64,000 nt of DNA from Marispirochaeta sp. (lineage in GTDB: Bacteria > Spirochaetota > Spirochaetia > JC444 > Marispirochaetaceae). Shown in pieces: positions 1 to 10,005 of this stretch; position 1 is the stretch's first letter; each line of letters begins with the position of its first letter. Both the position numbers and the translations under genes were made by a program. The notes under the pieces were generated by a model that was not told where the DNA came from, ran no database searches, and was given only the letters and a program-made list of their open reading frames with translations. Location of the stretch: contig CAXXFF010000002.1 in assembly GCA_963676835.2 (NCBI GenBank), positions 1,536,001-1,600,000 of the forward strand, in the 5' to 3' direction.

Positions 1-514
1 TCTGGCCGGCAGGTGCCTGTTTGCGTTCCCGGATTAACATAATAATGCTGATAAGCCCGTAAATAAAAAACTGCAGATCTCCCAGGGTATTGATTACCCG
101 AATCCCGGGAATCTGAAAATGATCCGGGTTGAGCCCGGTTAGGGCTGCTGCAGAAACCTGACCGGTTGCATGAATGAATATCAGATAAACAAGAGACAGA
201 AGGGCCGGAAGGTAGGGGAGAGTGTTATAACTGTGTACAGGCCTTTTTCTTCCCATAAGGCAGCGGGTATAGTTAAAAAAAAGTGGGCCTATCAGATAGG
301 TTACCGGAACGTCCGCGTAGAGCAGCCATGGAAAAGGCTGAAGCCGATTATAACGATACAGGCCGTAATAGAGCCAGACAAACCCGAAGGCTGCAAAAAG
401 GCCGCAGAGAGCCAGGTTTACTTCGGTCCGCCTGCGGGCAGTCATCTGCAGGCCTGCGAAGATAAACATGGTAATGCCTATGAACAAAAAAAGGTTGGTT
501 GCCAGCTGTTCCAT
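1..514 (-). CDS. Multi-pass membrane protein, probably the N-terminal sensor region of a membrane-bound AraC-family regulator (partial, runs off window)
   Basis: Not in the ORF track. Manual translation from ATG 514: MEQLATNLFLFIGITMFIFAGLQ...VTYLIGPLFFNYTRCL...; several hydrophobic helices, open to position 1. Confidence 0.6.
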   Translation of the reverse strand, partial: MEQLATNLFLFIGITMFIFAGLQMTARRRTEVNLALCGLFAAFGFVWLYYGLYRYNRLQPFPWLLYADVPVTYLIGPLFFNYTRCLMGRKRPVHSYNTLPYLPALLSLVYLIFIHATGQVSAAALTGLNPDHFQIPGIRVINTLGDLQFFIYGLISIIMLIRERKQAPAGQ

Positions 515-753
515 ACTTTCCGTTGAAATAAACAGTAGTTTTTGCGTCTACAACAACTGAATCGTTGTATGCAAAAGAATTATACCTTATTGAAAGAGGA
601 GAGGACAAGCTTATTAGAGCTTTCCCGCAGTACCTGCAGCAGGAGTTCCGGTTTTTATGATCTATCCTTTTCAAAAAGAATCAGCCCTCCGTAAAGCATT
701 GCGTAATTTCATCCACTGCTTTATTCTTTTTTTTCAGTTGCGGGGAGTAGGAA

Positions 754-2199
754 ATGAAAAAATCTGTATTGTTTATTGGTATAATTCTATCTTTAAGTGC
801 TTTTCTATACGCCGGCGGCCAGGCTGAAACCGGGCGCAACCAGGCTTCTTCAGAAGTGGGGGAAGGACAGCTTCTGCCAATCGGCGCAGTTGATCCGGCT
901 AATTACCTTCAGGATTTCATCTTTGAAAAATCATATTCTCCATCAGCACCAATCACATTTGATATTGATCTGCTCCGGGACAGGGTCTGGGAAAAAGGTG
1001 ATGATATAAGTGTACGGATAGCCTTGATGTCCAACGGGGAAGATTATTTCAAGACTGTCTCCGGCAGTTTTATTCTCTATATTCAGAATCCGGAGCTGTT
1101 CAGTGATCCGGTGGTGAAAAAGTATCTTGAAAGCAGTCTGCTCCGCATCCCCGGTTTGTCATTCTTCTTTTTTGACCCCCTTACTGCAGCACTTATTGAA
1201 GCTGCAGATGCGAATGGGCTGAACTCCGCCATCAACCGGCTGAAGCGGCAGAGAAAACAGTATGCAAACAATGTTCAGCTGCAGGGGCTTTTAAGTGCAG
1301 TTGAATCAAAGTTTAACGGCGACCGGGTTCATGTGCTCTGGATTACCGATGAGAATATTATAGAGAAATCAACGGACGCAAGCTTTTTCAATTTCTCCAT
1401 GAATGTTCTCAGTACGGGTAACACCACGTTCTCATATCTGGGGTATGGCGAGGTGCCAAACTGGATCACCCTCAATGCCGGCTTAATGAAGCATAACGGT
1501 AATTCATATTTCGCCTCTAACGGTGAGGAGTTGTGTCAAAAAATCGAAAAGGATATCGCGTTCTTTTCAAAGCCTGCGATTGAAGATATTACCGTGGAAA
1601 TTGTCTGGTCCAAATATGTTTCTGAACAGGCAAATTTTTATCCCAAAGAGTTTTATCCCGAAATTAGCGGATTTTTTCCCACATCAAATAATTCACGTCC
1701 CTCGGTTTATCACCGCATCGGCGGCATGAACTATTCCGAAAATAAACGGTTTATTCACTATGTTAAAATCCCCGCCCTGCAGACACTCCTGGATACCAGC
1801 GAGTATCGGGAGCCGAAGGATGAATCGGGTTTTAAAATCGGGACCGTGTATGTCCGGTACTTTATTCCCATGTACAACAAGTATTTCTATGAGCAGAAGG
1901 ATATGCGGATTACCTATAGCCCGGCGGAAGATATCACCGCTGATATGGATGGGTCTGTATTTTGTGACACCATAATTCAGAATACACCTCTGGTAATCCA
2001 GGAGATAGCCAATCTGGTAAACAGGAACGTAAACCGCAACTATCTTGCGGCCATACAGCTGGTACAGATACAGAAGAATCTTTTACTTAAAACCAGTCTT
2101 ATCCGCAAAGACGATGCGGTTGGCGAGGATGTTGAACTATTGGATAAGTACTATCAGATTCTGTTTGAACAGGCGAAAACCATGAATCTGCTCCAGTAA
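754..2199 (+). CDS. Secreted protein with degenerate vWA/YfbK-like features
   Basis: Signal peptide ending AGGQAE; VLWITDE and GYGEVPN...HNGNSYF resemble vWA segments; no clear DxSxS. Confidence 0.45.
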   Translation: MKKSVLFIGIILSLSAFLYAGGQAETGRNQASSEVGEGQLLPIGAVDPANYLQDFIFEKSYSPSAPITFDIDLLRDRVWEKGDDISVRIALMSNGEDYFKTVSGSFILYIQNPELFSDPVVKKYLESSLLRIPGLSFFFFDPLTAALIEAADANGLNSAINRLKRQRKQYANNVQLQGLLSAVESKFNGDRVHVLWITDENIIEKSTDASFFNFSMNVLSTGNTTFSYLGYGEVPNWITLNAGLMKHNGNSYFASNGEELCQKIEKDIAFFSKPAIEDITVEIVWSKYVSEQANFYPKEFYPEISGFFPTSNNSRPSVYHRIGGMNYSENKRFIHYVKIPALQTLLDTSEYREPKDESGFKIGTVYVRYFIPMYNKYFYEQKDMRITYSPAEDITADMDGSVFCDTIIQNTPLVIQEIANLVNRNVNRNYLAAIQLVQIQKNLLLKTSLIRKDDAVGEDVELLDKYYQILFEQAKTMNLLQ

Positions 2200-2280
2200 G
2201 GAGAGATTTTTTTACACTATACAGCACGAGAAAAAAGCAGATAGCAGGGAACATCTCTCACTCTGTGGAAAGAGGTCTAC

Positions 2281-3147
2281 ATGAAACGACTTATAATTTT
2301 ATTTGCAGCAGCGGTACTTTCAATATCCGCCTACTCCCAGGCTACGGTTTTCAAGGTGAGCAAGGGAGATAACTTCTGCTATATCGGCGGAACGGTACAC
2401 ATCCTTTCCGAGGATAATTATCCGCTGCCGGCTCAGTATGACGAGGCCTATGCCGATTCTGATGTGCTTGTAACAGAAACGGATACTGAATCGCTGACGG
2501 AGCCTGAAAATATGCAGACCCTTATGCAGATGGCAGTCTACCCCGGGGATGAAACCATTGAGCAGCATCTGGAACCCCGGGTGTACAAGAAGTTGGCTAA
2601 AACCCTGGCGGCCTATTCCATCCCGGCCGCGGGAGTTGCCAAGCTTAAGCCGGGGCTGCTTTCCAGTGTAATTACCGCAATTCAGTTTCAGCAGATGGGC
2701 TATACCGCGGAGGGGGTGGACAGCTTTTATTATAAAAAGGCAGTTGAAGACAACAAGGATGTGCTTTTTCTTGAGGCTCTGGATGCCCAGATTGATTTTA
2801 TCTGCAGTATGGGCGAGGGAAATGAAGATGAGTTTGTCCTTTCCATGCTGGAAGACCTGGATAAAACACAGGAGTACATGGATGCCATGGTAGCCTCCTG
2901 GGAAAAGGGAGAGCGGGACGTGATCGAGGCATCCGCAGAGGAAATGAGAACCGCTTTTCCGGAAATTTATAAAACCCTGTTATCCGACAGGAATGCCGCC
3001 TGGATTGAGCTGTTTAAGACCTATCTGGATGATAAGCCGGTTGAATTTGTTCTGTTCGGGGCCATGCATTTGTATGGGAACGACGGGGTGCTGGAGCTGC
3101 TGAAGGCTGAGGGGTGTACGATAGAGCAGCTTGATGCATATGAATAA
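2281..3147 (+). CDS. TraB/GumN family protein
   Basis: Signal peptide; YIGGTVH, GVD, LE, DRN..W and GAMHLYG motifs. Confidence 0.85.
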   Translation: MKRLIILFAAAVLSISAYSQATVFKVSKGDNFCYIGGTVHILSEDNYPLPAQYDEAYADSDVLVTETDTESLTEPENMQTLMQMAVYPGDETIEQHLEPRVYKKLAKTLAAYSIPAAGVAKLKPGLLSSVITAIQFQQMGYTAEGVDSFYYKKAVEDNKDVLFLEALDAQIDFICSMGEGNEDEFVLSMLEDLDKTQEYMDAMVASWEKGERDVIEASAEEMRTAFPEIYKTLLSDRNAAWIELFKTYLDDKPVEFVLFGAMHLYGNDGVLELLKAEGCTIEQLDAYE

Positions 3148-3199
3148 TGTTGACTATGCATATGGTTGGCAGTAGTATATGCATACGAGGAGTATGAGT

Positions 3200-3391
3200 A
3201 TGCGTACAACCTTGGATCTGCCTGATTCTTTGATTAAGGAAGCCATGGACTTAACTCACAGCAGAACCAAAACTGAACTCATTAAAACCGCGTTATTGAA
3301 CCTTATTCAGAAAGAAAAAATAAGCGGGCTAAAAAAATACTATGGAAAGGTAGACCTTGATATTGATTTAGATGCCTTGCGAGACAGATGA
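3200..3391 (+). CDS. vapB: VapB-type antitoxin
   Basis: MRTTLDLPDSLIKEAM...KTELI; GAGGAG RBS; overlaps PIN gene by 4 nt. Confidence 0.85.
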   Translation: MRTTLDLPDSLIKEAMDLTHSRTKTELIKTALLNLIQKEKISGLKKYYGKVDLDIDLDALRDR

Positions 3392-3774
3392 GCCTTGTCC
3401 TTGTAGATTCTTCTGTCTGGATTTCTTTCTTTAAAGGTGAGGCTAATGCTCTTCCTATGATGGATCTGATAGATTCCAACCGGGTATGTACAAACGATCT
3501 TCTTTTATCAGAACTTGTTCCGTCACTGAACCATAAAAAAGAACAAGGTATTTCAGACCTTCTTTATTCCGTTATCAATTTGGATCTCAAAATAAACTGG
3601 GAAGATATCATTCAAATGCAGACCATTAATTTAATGAATGGTATCAATCGTGTTGGGATTCCCGATTTGATTATTCTTCAGAATTCGGTTCAAAATGGTG
3701 TTCCGCTTTTTTCATTTGATAAGCATTTCGGTTTGATGAAAGATCTGCATCGCCTTGAGCTGTACCAGAACTGA
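3388..3774 (+). CDS. vapC: PIN-domain VapC toxin
   Basis: LVDSSVWI, EL, PDLII, FSFDKHF acidic PIN motifs. Confidence 0.9.
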   Translation: MSLVLVDSSVWISFFKGEANALPMMDLIDSNRVCTNDLLLSELVPSLNHKKEQGISDLLYSVINLDLKINWEDIIQMQTINLMNGINRVGIPDLIILQNSVQNGVPLFSFDKHFGLMKDLHRLELYQN

Positions 3775-3859
3775 TTCGCTCCCGATCCCGCTGGATTTTC
3801 TCCGGATGCTGTCGTAGATATTCTCCGATGTGTTTTCTGTCTATATTCAGATACCCGGA

Positions 3860-4174
3860 TCAGCTCATTTTAACAACAAGCACACGAGCATTCTCTTCAC
3901 CGGTATTTTTCATCCCTTTGGATATTCCCCCGGGGCATTCAGCAAGACTCTGGGGAGCAGCACTCACACTTTCTCCGTTGATAGTCAAAAGCACACTGCC
4001 CTGAAGCACCATAAAGAAGACATCTTCTTCTGTGGTATGCTCAGGGACTTCTCCGCCGGGCTTTATTTCTATTACCACCGCAACCGTCGAGGCGGAAGCG
4101 AAGAGTCTTCGTCCTTCTGTTAATTCTGTGGAGAGTACCGACGGTGCGGAATCAAAATCTATGGTATTTATCAT
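3860..4174 (-). CDS. Cupin-domain protein
   Basis: IKPGGEVPEHT...FFMVLQG...MKNTG cupin pattern. Confidence 0.8.
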   Translation of the reverse strand: MINTIDFDSAPSVLSTELTEGRRLFASASTVAVVIEIKPGGEVPEHTTEEDVFFMVLQGSVLLTINGESVSAAPQSLAECPGGISKGMKNTGEENARVLVVKMS

Positions 4175-4193
4175 GTTTACTCATACTCCTGTA

Positions 4194-4943
4194 TTATTTC
4201 GAAAGAACTATTATATGAAAAAAATCTGAAACTTCAGCCTCTTTCCGGTCATATCCTCCGTAGATGCTGGTTCCGGTAAACCCTGCTTCTTTAGCTTTTT
4301 TTACGATACTGCTGCTTAAAAACGGATAATGCCGGTGAACATCTGTCATTGTTTCTCCGGTGGATTTATCCCTGATGGAAGTTTTAAACCTTAGTTTCTC
4401 TGAATCATCCAATGCGGCATATTCTCTGTGGAACTCAATGTTGGACGTTTCAAGCTTTGGAAAAGTAAATCCCGGTCCAAGGCTTGGGTTAGTATAGTTC
4501 AGTATCTGTATTAACATGGTTCCGTTTTTCTTCAGGCTGGAAAAAGAGGTTCGGAGGAAATCCTTTAATGCTTGCTCCCCATCAAGATATACAATGGTAT
4601 TCCCGAAGCAGCAGATAAGATCATAGGTTTCTGGTTCTGACGCTTTGAGGAAGCTGAGCATATCTGCTGCATGGAATTGCACCTTGGTTTTCGCGGCAGA
4701 TGTCAACTGAGCTTTGGCTGTTTCAATCATACGGGAATCGAGGTCTATGCCGGTTACTGTTCTTGCTTGGGATGAGCTGGATGGAGAGGCTATCTGATAG
4801 ACAAACTCTCCGCTGGCACATCCGATATCAAGTATTTCCGGGGAAGTTTCCTCCTTAAGATATGTTTCTACAAAGTCCGCTTTTTCCCGGGAGGAGGGGA
4901 AAATATCTTTGTATTCTGCTGCCAGCACTTCGTATAGGCCCAT
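4194..4943 (-). CDS. Class I SAM-dependent methyltransferase
   Basis: ILDIGCASG, GIDLD, ADML, CCFGNT motifs; start moved to ATG 4943. Confidence 0.88.
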   Translation of the reverse strand: MGLYEVLAAEYKDIFPSSREKADFVETYLKEETSPEILDIGCASGEFVYQIASPSSSSQARTVTGIDLDSRMIETAKAQLTSAAKTKVQFHAADMLSFLKASEPETYDLICCFGNTIVYLDGEQALKDFLRTSFSSLKKNGTMLIQILNYTNPSLGPGFTFPKLETSNIEFHREYAALDDSEKLRFKTSIRDKSTGETMTDVHRHYPFLSSSIVKKAKEAGFTGTSIYGGYDRKEAEVSDFFHIIVLSK

Positions 4944-5042
4944 GGTACAAGTATATTCGATGTAATCAATTATTTCTGTACCATATGGTACGGGGCGGCA
5001 TGAGTAGGGTTGTTCTGTAGTGAATGGCTTGAATCTGCTTCC

Positions 5043-5074
5043 GGGCAGATCCAAACCATGTATTTCTGAAAAGT
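5043..5074 (+). repeat. 32-bp imperfect direct repeat, copy 1
   Basis: GGGCAGATCCAAACCATGTATTTCTGAAAAGT; 28/32 identical to 5977-6008. Confidence 0.75.
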
Positions 5075-5120
5075 TATGTAGCGTATATGAACAGCTGATT
5101 CTCAGCTGCAGTATAGGAAT

Positions 5121-5156
5121 AAAAAGGGCGCTGGAGATTATTCAGTGCCCTTTTTT
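5121..5156. terminator. Intrinsic terminator (bidirectional-looking)
   Basis: AAAAAGGGCGCTG-loop-CAGTGCCCTTTTT downstream of the outer-membrane gene. Confidence 0.75.
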
Positions 5157-5197
5157 AGAAATTACAGCTATTACAACTGCCCTTGGTGTAGAAGCTC

Positions 5198-5857
5198 TCA
5201 GATATTGAAGCCGTATCCTATCAAAAGCTGTAAAGCATTTACGTCAAACTGATAAAGCTTACTGTCAGAGGCATAGGTAAGATTCCGGCAATAGCGACCT
5301 TCCAGTTTCAGAACTCCGCCTTTTGCAAAGGGCAGATCATAGCCTAAGCCGCCAAGAACGTTGTAGACCATGGTATTGTCAGTTACTATAGATTCCTCAG
5401 AAGAAGTTCCCCCAACGCTGTGTTTTATCTCAAGATCACTCTGCGGAAGCTGCAACGAAGCGCCAATCAGTGCATATGCGCCATTAAAGGGAGAGTAGGC
5501 AATCTTCAGCATCAACGGTATTTCGACAACTTCCTGTCTGAATTCACTGTTAACGGTATACCCCATATAGGGATATTCAATGTCTTGTCCATACCTTGTA
5601 TAATTCACCTCAGCAATAATCCCGATATGTCGGCTGAGCATGGTTTCAAGGTAGAGGCCGATCAGGATATTCGCAGCGGGTATTTCATCAACGGTGGTTG
5701 TATTATCGGTTTCAGTAGTATCAACCAGATAATCCCAGTTTGAACCGCTGTACCAGCTGCCATTTACACCACCCTTGACGCCGATGAGTGTGTTCTGGGC
5801 GAAAATCAGGGAAGGAAGAAACAACACAATCAGAACAATCACAATACATCTTTTCAC
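5198..5857 (-). CDS. Outer-membrane beta-barrel (porin/PorT-like) protein
   Basis: Signal peptide from GTG 5857; IGVKGGVN, EIPLMLK, LEGRY; C-terminal IGYGFNI strand. Confidence 0.8.
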   Translation of the reverse strand: MKRCIVIVLIVLFLPSLIFAQNTLIGVKGGVNGSWYSGSNWDYLVDTTETDNTTTVDEIPAANILIGLYLETMLSRHIGIIAEVNYTRYGQDIEYPYMGYTVNSEFRQEVVEIPLMLKIAYSPFNGAYALIGASLQLPQSDLEIKHSVGGTSSEESIVTDNTMVYNVLGGLGYDLPFAKGGVLKLEGRYCRNLTYASDSKLYQFDVNALQLLIGYGFNI

Positions 5858-5976
5858 ATGAAACCTCTTTAGATTCTTTTTATGCACAGTATACTGAACC
5901 ATCTCTATAATCAACTGAAAGGTATTAATAAAACAGGCCTCCCTCCCGTTATGGAAGGATCGCTACTGATTTTATT

Positions 5977-6041
5977 GGGCAGATCTAAACCATGAATTCC
6001 CGAAAAGTCGTGACTATTCGGGAAACGGCTCCCGAATAGTC
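5977..6041. repeat. Direct-repeat copy 2 plus alternating inverted repeats
   Basis: GGGCAGATCTAAACCATGAATTCCCGAAAAGT followed by perfect 12-bp stem GACTATTCGGGA-N6-TCCCGAATAGTC. Confidence 0.75.
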
Positions 6042-6138
6042 GGCTGTTTTGTAATTTGGATACTGTTTTTATTGTACAGAGTTATCTCTCTTATCTCATC
6101 AGGCAGAAGTTCCAATCTGTGCTTCAAAATTTTTTTCC

Positions 6139-6167
6139 TTGACTTTGGCAATTTCGTCCCCTATCCT
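6139..6167 (+). promoter_or_regulatory. Sigma70-type promoter of the cheA-like operon
   Basis: TTGACT-17 bp-TATCCT. Confidence 0.55.
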
Positions 6168-6223
6168 TAAACGCTAACTTTAATTTTTTGAGTTTCATTG
6201 TTTAAAGCATTGAGGAATATTGT

Positions 6224-8371
6224 ATGCGGCGGCCGTGGTTCTGGGCCTTACTGGCGTTTATTGTTGTTATACTCCTTGCAGGTGTCGCAAGTTCTCTCCT
6301 GACGTATCAGCGGGTAGCCCGTCTCTCTGACCTGAAGTCTCAGATGGACGAGACTCTTACAAAGATGTCCCAGCTGGTTACTGAAACCTACTACATGCTT
6401 TATGACTCTGATGATATACGGACTTCCCGGGAACGCTGGAACGGCTCTTTATCGAGCGCAATTATGGACCTCGGGCGTCTTGCCCGGCATCCCGGTCTTG
6501 AGTTTCTGGATACCTCCATTGCCGGTGAAGTAGATCAGATCCGCAATGCATGGAACGGCGCCACCCAGAACTATTTTTCCAGTGATGAGTTTTTAATCAG
6601 CTTCCTGGACTCCGATATTGAAATTTCCACCTACGACAATATCAGCAGTATGCTGTCTCAAATTGCCGAGATTTCTCCCGGGGCAGAGTTCAGCTCCGAT
6701 GATCAGATGGATATCTACCAGCTGAACCTTGCTTCAAGCCGTCTCAAGACAGGTAATGTTCAGCTTCGGGTGTTTATTACTTCCGGAGTGGAAGCCCTGC
6801 GGCAGAATGTTCAGGATGAATCAAACAAGGCGCTTAATCATACCCTGATTGTTTCCGGGGTTGTGCTTGTTTCCCTTATCCTGCTCATTATTCTGGTTCT
6901 TGTTTTCAGTCTGCGGATCCTGCGCCGGGCCAATATCAACCTGGAGGAACAGGTTGCCGGGCGGACCAGGTCTATTCAGAATCTGCTGGACTTCTCCGGT
7001 GTCGGCTATATTACCTTTGGTCCGGACATGACGGTAAACCCGGAAATATCCCGGGAGTGTGAGACTATCTTCGGCCGGTCCATTGCCGGTGATAATATAG
7101 CTCAGCTGCTTTTTTCGGAACCACAGGCTCAGCAGGATTTCGCCGATGCCATGGATCTGGTTTTTACGGGTACATCCCAGCCAGATGTAGTCTTTGATGT
7201 TCTGGAACCTAAAACTGTAATCGGCGAAAAGACCATTGCCATGAGTTTCAGGCTGGTAGATGGGGCCACTATTATGGGACAGCTTCAGGATATTTCTGAA
7301 AACGAGGCTCTTCAGCGGACCATTGCAAAAGAAAACACCCAGCGGGAAATGGTTCTCAAAGCAGTTACTGCCAAACGGTATTTTTTGAGTATCCTGGATG
7401 AGGCAAAAGACCTTTTTGCCGCTCTTGAAGCCTGTATTGTAGATGGTAATTTTCATGCCGATGAAGAGACCAACCACCGCATTGTCCGTGAGGTACACAC
7501 CTTTAAAGCCAATGCATCTTTTTTACGAATGAGCCGTACCTCAAAGCTTGCGCATGCCCTGGAAGAGGTGCTGATTGCCCAGGGCATTCTCGGAGATGAC
7601 GAGCCTCTTGGTAATGAAATAGCAGAGATGAAAAGCGCCTTTTCCGATGAGGTTGCCAGTGTGGTTGATATTCTCGGCCGGGAATGGCTTGAGGGTGCTG
7701 ATAAAATCGAAGTGAGTCTTGATCTGCTGGAAAACACCAGTACGCTCATAAAAAATCGCTATCCCGATGATGAAGAACTGATTCATGCGGTAGATCAGCT
7801 TTCCTATCTGCCTCTTTCCAACCTTTTTATCCGCCTTGGCGATATGAGCCGTGATCTGGCGGCAACAAACGGTAAAAAGGTCAATGTTCATATTGAAGAT
7901 AACAGTATCTCCGTTACCCCCCATCAGTATCATCATCTTTCAAATTCGGTAAACCATATTCTACGGAACATGATTACCCATGGAGTTGAATTCCCCCGGC
8001 ACCGCGAGAAAGCCGGGAAGAGTCCCGAAGGCAGTATCAGAATTCACTCCACCCTGGCGGACGGTGGTATCCGCATTGTAATTTCCGACGACGGTGCGGG
8101 GCTTTCTCTCCAGAAGATCAGCGAGCGGGCCAAGTCTCTCGGCTGGCTTAAGGATGGAGCATCTCTTTCCACCAAAGATATTGTAAAAATGATTTTCCAG
8201 CCGGGATTCTCAACCGCCGACATGGTAACCGCTGTAGCCGGCCGGGGATTCGGGCTTTCTGCTGTAAAAGAGTCGATCTATGAGATCGGCGGGAAAATAA
8301 AGGTATCCACCGCCAGAGGCCGGGGAACTTCATTTATTATTGTTATTCCAGAAAAAAGGATGAGTAACTGA
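6224..8371 (+). CDS. Membrane-bound CheA-like histidine kinase (TM sensor, PAS-like, Hpt, HATPase; no CheW domain)
   Basis: Two TM helices; Hpt REVHTFKANA; HILRNMITHG, DDGAG, IFQPGFSTA, GRGFGL; protein ends right after the HATPase. Confidence 0.85.
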   Translation: MRRPWFWALLAFIVVILLAGVASSLLTYQRVARLSDLKSQMDETLTKMSQLVTETYYMLYDSDDIRTSRERWNGSLSSAIMDLGRLARHPGLEFLDTSIAGEVDQIRNAWNGATQNYFSSDEFLISFLDSDIEISTYDNISSMLSQIAEISPGAEFSSDDQMDIYQLNLASSRLKTGNVQLRVFITSGVEALRQNVQDESNKALNHTLIVSGVVLVSLILLIILVLVFSLRILRRANINLEEQVAGRTRSIQNLLDFSGVGYITFGPDMTVNPEISRECETIFGRSIAGDNIAQLLFSEPQAQQDFADAMDLVFTGTSQPDVVFDVLEPKTVIGEKTIAMSFRLVDGATIMGQLQDISENEALQRTIAKENTQREMVLKAVTAKRYFLSILDEAKDLFAALEACIVDGNFHADEETNHRIVREVHTFKANASFLRMSRTSKLAHALEEVLIAQGILGDDEPLGNEIAEMKSAFSDEVASVVDILGREWLEGADKIEVSLDLLENTSTLIKNRYPDDEELIHAVDQLSYLPLSNLFIRLGDMSRDLAATNGKKVNVHIEDNSISVTPHQYHHLSNSVNHILRNMITHGVEFPRHREKAGKSPEGSIRIHSTLADGGIRIVISDDGAGLSLQKISERAKSLGWLKDGASLSTKDIVKMIFQPGFSTADMVTAVAGRGFGLSAVKESIYEIGGKIKVSTARGRGTSFIIVIPEKRMSN

Positions 8372-8844
8372 TGAAAGCGGAGTACGCAAACGTTTTTATT
8401 CGCAGTGCGGTACATGTATTCAAAAAGGAACTGAATATAAACATGTCCCGCCAGTCTCTGGTAAAAAAGAAAGCACCTTTGCCGGGACTTCCGGTCTGCA
8501 TAATTCTCGGCATAACCGGGCATGTCCGCGGACAGGTCGTCTATTCCATAGACCGCAGTTTTGCCCAGGATATTACCCATGCCATGCTGCCCAACAAGCT
8601 GCCCAACGAGCTGAAGAAGTATATAAACTCTGCAGTGGGCGAAATCGGTAATATGATTACCGGACGGGCCAGTATTGATCTGGCGGGGCAGGATGAGGTG
8701 ATTAACCTTACTCCTCCTGCTGTCTTTTCCGGAACTCAGATTGAGTTTGACTTTCTGGAAATGCCTACTGTTGCTCTGCGTCTGCTGTCTGAAATGGGGA
8801 CGCTGGAAATTAATATAGCCTTGATGGAGGAGGTTCAGGAATGA
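8371..8844 (+). CDS. cheX: Chemotaxis phosphatase CheX
   Basis: LGITG..RG, SAVGEIGNMITG, LTPP motifs. Confidence 0.9.
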   Translation: MKAEYANVFIRSAVHVFKKELNINMSRQSLVKKKAPLPGLPVCIILGITGHVRGQVVYSIDRSFAQDITHAMLPNKLPNELKKYINSAVGEIGNMITGRASIDLAGQDEVINLTPPAVFSGTQIEFDFLEMPTVALRLLSEMGTLEINIALMEEVQE

Positions 8845-9215
8845 TACGTGGATTAATCGTGGATGATGCCGCAATAATGCGGCTGCGGCTTCGGGAGATT
8901 CTGGAACCTGAGTACGATATAGTGGGTGAAGCCGGGGACGGCGATGAGGCTATTGAGATGTACGATAAGTACAAGCCGGATTTTATAACCCTCGATATCT
9001 CCATGCCCAATACCAATGGTATGGAAGCCCTTGAAATTCTTATGAAGCGGAATCCTCCCCCCAGGGTGGTTATTGTCAGCGCAGTCGGGCAGCAGCGGCT
9101 GGTTATTCAGGCGCTAAAAAGCGGGGCAAAAGACTTCGTAATAAAACCCTTCGAACCGCCCCGGGTGCTCAAGGCGGTGGAAAGGGTTCTGGCGGCAGCT
9201 GAAGTTCCCGGGTGA
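8841..9215 (+). CDS. cheY: CheY-like single-domain response regulator
   Basis: VDDA, LDISMP, VSA, KPF. Confidence 0.85.
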   Translation: MIRGLIVDDAAIMRLRLREILEPEYDIVGEAGDGDEAIEMYDKYKPDFITLDISMPNTNGMEALEILMKRNPPPRVVIVSAVGQQRLVIQALKSGAKDFVIKPFEPPRVLKAVERVLAAAEVPG

Positions 9216-9243
9216 AACTTTCGATACTTATTTTTTGCCGCCT

Positions 9244-10005
9244 TTAATTCAGCAGCGAAAAAGACTGGAACACTGCAGAAATATCGGCTGCAGACTTGGC
9301 AGTCCCGGATAGACGGGCTTCTGCAATGTCACCGTAGAAGGAGGTGTTCGAGCTTCGTCCACCAATCCATATGGCTTCAACATTGCCAATTGTCCAGGTT
9401 TGATCACTCCTTGATGCAGCCAGCGTTCCGTCAATGTAGATTTTCATTGTAGATCCTGCGTATGTACAAGCTATATAATGCCATTCTCCATCCCAGCTGC
9501 TATCATCCGAAACAACTAAATCTCCGCTCCAGCTGGTCATGTTTCCCACATTAAACTGAAGGTGTGAATCCCAGTCGTATTTTATCGAGCATTGCATAAA
9601 TCCCAACCAGAAAAAGTCACAATATGTTGAGTTTGCGGTATCTCCTCGCAGGATAAACTCGGCAGTAAAGCTTCCGGTTGGTATGGGCGAGACTGCTGAA
9701 TAGCAATAATCAAGATCTGTATCGAAATTCATGATTCCACCCCACTGGGAATCGGAAAACCAGTTGGGGTCTGCTGTTTCTGCAGCTGATGTAGAGCCGC
9801 GGTAGAGTGCGTATCCGTTTCCCGAATCATCACTTACTGTTTGTCCCGACAGGTCATTAAAATGCCATAACCCAATGGTTGAGGCCTCAAGGTCGAATTC
9901 CGTTTTTGGAGGTGTGTTTGTTCCGGAGTCGCCATTGGAGCAGTTGTTAAGCAGTAGTGCTGTTAACAATAGCAGACTTGTTTTTAGTAAAAAATCTTTT
10001 TTCAT
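9244..10005 (-). CDS. Lipoprotein with LamG-like jellyroll domain
   Basis: Lipobox LLNNC; GLWHFN, DGEWHYIACTY, YIDG, IGG, FYGDIAE. Confidence 0.82.
   Translation of the reverse strand: MKKDFLLKTSLLLLTALLLNNCSNGDSGTNTPPKTEFDLEASTIGLWHFNDLSGQTVSDDSGNGYALYRGSTSAAETADPNWFSDSQWGGIMNFDTDLDYCYSAVSPIPTGSFTAEFILRGDTANSTYCDFFWLGFMQCSIKYDWDSHLQFNVGNMTSWSGDLVVSDDSSWDGEWHYIACTYAGSTMKIYIDGTLAASRSDQTWTIGNVEAIWIGGRSSNTSFYGDIAEARLSGTAKSAADISAVFQSFSLLN

Noticed and set aside
170..674. ORF-track entries 170..526, 283..465 and 348..674
   Set aside because: Shadows of the real minus-strand membrane-protein gene starting at 514 and running off the window
5977..6045. Possible CRISPR or integron attC array
   Set aside because: Only two long copies about 930 bp apart, no regular spacers, and no cas or integrase gene in the window
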